DNA of 52,890 bases from positions 1 to 52,890 of the forward strand of contig CAYNOZ010000001.1 of assembly GCA_964398955.1 (NCBI GenBank), in the 5' to 3' direction. The notes beneath the pieces are model-generated. The model did no database searches. It was not told the DNA's origin and saw nothing but the letters and a program-made list of their open reading frames with translations. This document shows, in pieces, positions 48,771 to 52,890 of the stretch (position 1 is its first letter; each line of letters begins with the position of its first letter). The position numbers and the translations under genes were made by a program. Source of the DNA: an uncultured Thermococci archaeon (lineage in GTDB: Archaea > Methanobacteriota_B > Thermococci > Thermococcales > CAYNOZ01).

Positions 48771-49100
48771 ATGGAATACGTATATGCAGCTTTGCTCTTA
48801 AATGCGGCTGATAAAGAAATTGATGAAGATGGAATTTCCAAAATCTTAGAATCTGCTGGTGTTGAAGTTGACGATGCCAGAGTAAAAGCTCTAGTAGCTT
48901 CACTAGAAGGTGTAGACATAGAAGAAGCCATAGAAAAGGCTTCAGTACCAGCTAGCACAGGAACCTCTTCCGAAGTCAGTGAAACAGAAGAAGTCGAAGA
49001 AGAAGAAGCCGAATCTAAAGAGGAAGAAGAAGAGGAAGAAGAAGAGGAAGAAGAAGAGGAAGAAGAAGAAATGGACGGATTAGGAGCAATGTTCGGTTAA
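48771..49100 (+). CDS. rpl12: 50S ribosomal protein L12/P1
   Basis: The canonical N-terminus '[10 protein letters not shown]' starts at ATG 48771, 5 nt after SD AGGAGGTGA. The track start GTG 48762 lies inside that SD and is rejected. The C-terminal tail ends 'MDGLGAMFG'. Confidence 0.9.
   Translation: MEYVYAALLLNAADKEIDEDGISKILESAGVEVDDARVKALVASLEGVDIEEAIEKASVPASTGTSSEVSETEEVEEEEAESKEEEEEEEEEEEEEEEEEMDGLGAMFG
49020..49070 (+). repeat. coding tandem repeat (GAGGAAGAAGAA) x4.25 in the L12 acidic tail
   Basis: Four perfect 12-nt units at 49020-49067 plus GAA encode a poly-Glu run. Confidence 0.9.
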
Positions 49101-49160
49101 GAAAATATATTTAAATCTCTATTTCTTATTTCTGTTTAGTTTATAATTTTTATACTTCGA

Positions 49161-49234
49161 GGGCCCGTAGCCTAGCCCGGACAGGGCATTGGCCTTCGGA
49201 GCCAATGACGGGGGTTCAAATCCCTCCGGGCCCG
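49161..49234 (+). tRNA. tRNA-Arg (anticodon UCG)
   Basis: The sequence is GGGCCCG-TA-GCCTAGCCCGGACAGGGC-A-TTGGC-CTTCGGA-GCCAA-TGACG-GGGGG-TTCAAAT-CCCTC-CGGGCCC-G. CCA is not encoded. Confidence 0.9.
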
Positions 49235-49245
49235 CTTAGGCCGTG

Positions 49246-49321
49246 AGCCCGGTAGTGTAGCGGCCAATCATGCGAGGCTCTGGACCTCGTGACAGCGGTT
49301 CGAATCCGCTCCGGGCTACCA
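49246..49321 (+). tRNA. tRNA-Gln (anticodon CUG)
   Basis: Acceptor AGCCCGG/CCGGGCT (A1-U72), anticodon stem CGAGG/CCTCG with loop CTCTGGA, T-arm AGCGG-TTCGAAT-CCGCT. The 3' A-CCA is encoded. Confidence 0.85.
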
Positions 49322-49350
49322 CTTCTAAATATTAAGTCAAAGGTGATTTA

Positions 49351-50331
49351 ATGTCTGACCAAAAGCCAAAACTATTTTCAACTTTTGAACTTCGTGATGA
49401 CACTCAAGATTATCTATCAGATAAATTTGAATTTGATCATTGGGATGAAAAAGGGAATATACCCCAAGAAAAGCTAATAGAAAAAGCAAAAGACGTTGAA
49501 GTTTTATTATGCTTTGCTCTAGATGATATTAACAAGGAACTAATAGAAAATTCCAACAACTTAGAGGTTATTAGCACTAGAACAGCTGGATATGACCATA
49601 TAGATATTGATTCAGCTTATGAGAATAATATTAAAGTTACTAAAGTTTCTGAACCTATTACTGAAGGAGTAGCTGAGACAACATTAGGACTAATGTTAAG
49701 TTTAGGAAGAGGAATCCATCAAGCTAATAATTACATGATGGATGAAAAATGGGAAATGAAAGAAGTTTGGAAAAATCCATGGAAAATAAAGATCCTTAAG
49801 GATAAGGTAGCTGGAATTGCAGGGATGGGGGCTATTGGTAAAAGAATTACCGAACTACTAGATACTTTAGGGATGGAAATTCTTTATTACAATAGAAGCA
49901 GAAAAGAAGATATTGAAGAGAAGTACGGCGCTGAATACGTGGAATTAGAAGATTTAACGGTTCGATCAGATTATGTAATATCTGCCCTACCATTGACAGA
50001 AGAAACAAAGCATACTTTTAGTGAAGAAGTATTCCAGAAAATGAAGGAATTCTCAACATTTATAAACATATCACGTGGAGGTTTAGTAGATACTAAAGCA
50101 CTTTTAAAAGCTCTAGATGAGGGATGGATCAAGAATGCAGCGATTGATGTTTATGAAGAAGAACCTTTGCCTCAGGATTCAGAATTATTTGAAATAGAAG
50201 AAGATAAGCTACTTCTAACCCCACACATGGCCGGTTTATCTATAGAAACTGGAAAATACGCTGGATTAGAAGCTGCAAAGAATGCTTACAAAGTTTTAAA
50301 TGGGGAAGAGATAGAAAACTTAGTGAAATAG
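49351..50331 (+). CDS. D-isomer-specific 2-hydroxyacid dehydrogenase (glyoxylate/hydroxypyruvate reductase-like)
   Basis: 326 aa with the NAD-binding 'GIAGMGAIGKR', 'NISRGGLVD' and 'LLTPHMAG'. Confidence 0.85.
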   Translation: MSDQKPKLFSTFELRDDTQDYLSDKFEFDHWDEKGNIPQEKLIEKAKDVEVLLCFALDDINKELIENSNNLEVISTRTAGYDHIDIDSAYENNIKVTKVSEPITEGVAETTLGLMLSLGRGIHQANNYMMDEKWEMKEVWKNPWKIKILKDKVAGIAGMGAIGKRITELLDTLGMEILYYNRSRKEDIEEKYGAEYVELEDLTVRSDYVISALPLTEETKHTFSEEVFQKMKEFSTFINISRGGLVDTKALLKALDEGWIKNAAIDVYEEEPLPQDSELFEIEEDKLLLTPHMAGLSIETGKYAGLEAAKNAYKVLNGEEIENLVK

Positions 50332-50481
50332 AAGACAAAGATCTTAAAATTCTTTGAAATGGAAGATACTTCTTTAGGTTAAGTTAAAGTTAGAGATAAT
50401 TGATTTCTTTACCCTAAAGAAGGTTCTATTCATAATCTTAGACATCAATCTAAAGAGAATGATGATAAAATATTTTATTGT

Positions 50482-51591
50482 ATGATTGTAAGGTTTTTAA
50501 GGGTTTCAATGCAAAGGTTTCTAAGAAACGATTTTTTGTTTTCATTGTTTTTGACTATTTTTTTAGTTCTTGCCATTATTGGTAGATACTTGTACTTTAA
50601 ACCTCCTGAGTTAATACCTCTTTTGCTAGTTTTTGTTTTTTGGGCAAGTTTGGTTTTAGGTTATAGATCAAATATTGAAGTTCCTAAAGCTATTTATATG
50701 ATTATAGTTTTCTTTGCTTCATTATCATTTATTCAGTTTAGTTTGTTATCTTTTGGTTTCATCTTTATTTTATTGTTAATTCTTTTTTCTTTAACAGAAA
50801 CTGGCTATTTGCAGAAGTATGAAAAAAAGTTTGGTTATTTGTTCTTCATTGCAGGGTTTTCTATAATTATTTTTGGATTTTATAGATTAGGAATTCCTAT
50901 ATTAAGCCCTGAAAATCGTTATGGTAGTATGTGGATTTTCTCTACAGGAGCCATGGTTTTTTTCGTGTTTTCTATAGCTTTAGTTAAGGATTTAAAAATT
51001 TTTATAGGATCACTTTTTTTAATTCTTGTTTCAACATTCAGATCGAGTTCTTTTATTCTTCTTTTAACTTACTTCTTTTCAAAAAAATTGAATAAAAAAA
51101 GAGTTATTGGTTTAGTAATTGGAAGCTTTTTAATTCTTTTAGTAGGTAACTATGTAGCCCTTGAAACTAGAGGTTGGGATTTCACAGTCCTCAAACTAAT
51201 TTTAAATAGATCTGGGTTTACTTATAGTGTTTATCAGGATTTGGTTCAGACTTCTCTTCCATTCGGCAGATTTCATGGAGAACTAATTCTTTCAAATAAT
51301 CCTGGTATCTTAATTTCAAATTTGTATGATTATTTAAATCCTGGTCAGAGTTACACGAGCTTCTTTTTCGGTCAACCTGTGGCTGATTTCGGAATTTTCG
51401 GGTCCTTAGAATGTTTTCTATATGGTTTACTTTTGAAAAAAATTGAATATGTAAAAAGATTTAAAGCTATAGGTATTTCTTTTAGTATAGTAATAATTGA
51501 AATTGGAATTACTGGTTTGCCCCTTGGGGTATTGGCCTTTTGTTCATATTTAGTGAAAATTCAAAATGAAAAAAAGGAGGAAAATACATGA
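50482..51591 (+). CDS. polytopic membrane protein of unknown function (possibly Wzy-like/oligosaccharide polymerase-like)
   Basis: 369 aa, F/L/I-rich, with roughly 9-11 hydrophobic segments. No catalytic motif is recognisable. Its stop overlaps the apgM ATG by 4 nt (ATGA). The start is uncertain, with an alternative Met at codon 10. Confidence 0.55.
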   Translation: MIVRFLRVSMQRFLRNDFLFSLFLTIFLVLAIIGRYLYFKPPELIPLLLVFVFWASLVLGYRSNIEVPKAIYMIIVFFASLSFIQFSLLSFGFIFILLLILFSLTETGYLQKYEKKFGYLFFIAGFSIIIFGFYRLGIPILSPENRYGSMWIFSTGAMVFFVFSIALVKDLKIFIGSLFLILVSTFRSSSFILLLTYFFSKKLNKKRVIGLVIGSFLILLVGNYVALETRGWDFTVLKLILNRSGFTYSVYQDLVQTSLPFGRFHGELILSNNPGILISNLYDYLNPGQSYTSFFFGQPVADFGIFGSLECFLYGLLLKKIEYVKRFKAIGISFSIVIIEIGITGLPLGVLAFCSYLVKIQNEKKEENT

Positions 51592-52832
51592 AAAAATTTA
51601 GTGAACCCGTTAAAAGGAAGGGTTTGTTGATAGTACTAGATGGGGCTGGAGATCGTCCAATTAAGGATTTAGATGGTAAAACTCCTTATGAATATGCTAA
51701 AACATCTAATTTAGATAAACTAAGCGAAATTGGTATTAACGGGTTAATGGATCCGATAAAACCAGGCCAACCTGCTGGTAGTGATACATCGCATCTTTCA
51801 TTGCTTGGAAATAATCCTTATGAAACTTATAAAGGTAGAGGATATCTTGAAGCCTTAGGAGTTGGATTGGAACTGGATGAGAGTAATATTGCATTTAGAT
51901 GTAATTACGGGACTTTAAGAAATGGTAAGATAGTTGATAGGAGGGCTGGAAGAATAAAGGAAGGAACAGAAGAATTGGCAAAATCAATACAAGAGGAAGT
52001 AAATCTTCCAGTAAATTTTAAATTTAAAGACTCTACAGAACATCGTGCAGTTTTAGTGCTTGAAGAAGGTTCGACTAAGATTACAGACGGTGATCCTCAT
52101 GACATTAATAAGGAACCCTTGGAGATAACTCCTAAATCAGAGGAAGGTGAAAAAACAGCTAAACTTCTTAATGAATTCGTTAATCAGGCACATAATATTT
52201 TAAAAAACCATGAAGTTAATTTGAAAAGAGAAAAAGATAATAAGTTACCCGCAAACTATATCTTGGTTAGAGGAGCCGGAAAAAAACCTTCTACATTAGA
52301 TTTTAATAATAAATACGACGTCAAACCATCAGCTGTTGTTCCTACTGCCTTAGTAAGAGGAACACTGAGATCAATGGGATTCAAAATTTTAGATGTGAAA
52401 GGAGCAACCGGAGGATATGACACAAATGCAATAGCTAAGGCAAATAGAGTCATAGAAGAATTCAAGAATGATAGAGACTTCATATTCCTACATTTCAAGG
52501 CAACAGATCTTGCAGGACACGATGGAGACCCTGAAAAGAAAATAGAAATGATAGAAAAAGCTGACAAAATGGTTGGAAAACTACATGAAAAACTAGAACT
52601 ATCCAAATACGCAATAGCCTTAACCTCAGACCACTCCACACCCTGTGAAGTGATGAACCATAGTGGAGATCCAGTTCCAATAGTAATAGCAGGTGGTGGA
52701 GTAAGAACTGATAATGTAAACAAATTTGGAGAAAGACCCTGTTCTAAAGGTGGGCTAGGCAGAATTAACGGCAAAGACGTATTACTCACTATAATGGATC
52801 TAATGGGAAATACTAAAAAATATGGAGCTTAG
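51588..52832 (+). CDS. apgM: 2,3-bisphosphoglycerate-independent phosphoglycerate mutase, archaeal type
   Basis: 414 aa with 'LIVLDGAGDRP', 'GSDTSHLSL', 'DLAGHDGD' and 'LTSDHSTP'. Confidence 0.9.
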   Translation: MKKFSEPVKRKGLLIVLDGAGDRPIKDLDGKTPYEYAKTSNLDKLSEIGINGLMDPIKPGQPAGSDTSHLSLLGNNPYETYKGRGYLEALGVGLELDESNIAFRCNYGTLRNGKIVDRRAGRIKEGTEELAKSIQEEVNLPVNFKFKDSTEHRAVLVLEEGSTKITDGDPHDINKEPLEITPKSEEGEKTAKLLNEFVNQAHNILKNHEVNLKREKDNKLPANYILVRGAGKKPSTLDFNNKYDVKPSAVVPTALVRGTLRSMGFKILDVKGATGGYDTNAIAKANRVIEEFKNDRDFIFLHFKATDLAGHDGDPEKKIEMIEKADKMVGKLHEKLELSKYAIALTSDHSTPCEVMNHSGDPVPIVIAGGGVRTDNVNKFGERPCSKGGLGRINGKDVLLTIMDLMGNTKKYGA

Positions 52833-52843
52833 ACAGTCAACTA

Positions 52844-52864
52844 CCCCGCCCTAAAGGAAGGGGC
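52844..52864 (+). other. stop-proximal G+C-rich hairpin containing CCCTAAAGGA
   Basis: The stem is CCCC/GGGG (or GCCC/GGGC) around the motif, 12 nt after the apgM stop. A second hairpin ATGGT-N8-ACCAT follows at 52871-52888. Confidence 0.35.
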
Positions 52865-52890
52865 TTGTATATGGTACCGCCAGACCATAG

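Noticed and set aside
49020-49070. The 12-nt tandem repeat as a CRISPR-like or minisatellite element
   Set aside because: It is in-frame coding sequence for the poly-Glu tail of ribosomal protein L12, and a similar acidic tail occurs in L10.
50459-50465. Box C-like ATGATGA upstream of the membrane-protein gene, considered as a box C/D sRNA
   Set aside because: No matching D box (CTGA) or C'/D' pair lies at an appropriate distance, and there are no terminal stem complementarities.

Overview
Densely coding, low-G+C (about one third by eye) archaeal chromosome segment. I found no rRNA genes, CRISPR arrays, transposases or integrases. Gene order, left to right:
- XPB helicase + Bax1 nuclease pair, an orphan 138-aa ORF, queD, a nitroreductase, a FUN14-like membrane protein, a metallophosphoesterase and tRNA-Ser.
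- The archaeal rpo/str block on the minus strand (rpoH, unsplit rpoB, rpoA1, rpoA2, L30e, nusA, S12, S7, EF-2, EF-1alpha, S10), preceded by tRNA-Asp and tRNA-Lys.
- A 590-bp non-coding gap.
- An MTA/SAH-deaminase-like amidohydrolase, a CDP-alcohol phosphatidyltransferase, a 55-aa ORF below the ORF-track cutoff, and a Gpt-like PRTase.
- The most notable element: an 18.8-kb, 15-gene, tightly packed minus-strand unit, purT-purF-purD-(HAD-like)-(PfkB kinase)-purS/S/L fusion-purQ-purM-purC-purE(class II)-purP-purP paralogue-fdhA-mobA-fdhD. It links an apparently folate-independent, formate-dependent purine pathway to a formate dehydrogenase module.
- An HTH-PRT (PurR-like architecture) regulator 540 bp upstream on the same strand, then tRNA-Gly and tRNA-Phe.
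- A PUA protein, dtdA, ftsZ-secE-nusG-L11-L1-L10-L12, tRNA-Arg, tRNA-Gln, a 2-hydroxyacid dehydrogenase, a polytopic membrane protein and apgM.

Most of the window is core housekeeping. The items worth follow-up are the pur-fdh linkage, the two uncharacterised genes embedded in the pur operon, the cysteine-depleted N-terminus of FdhA, candidate operator repeats at the pur promoter, two unusually long non-coding gaps, and a short recurrent intergenic motif family. All product calls rest on motif recognition by eye; no searches were run.
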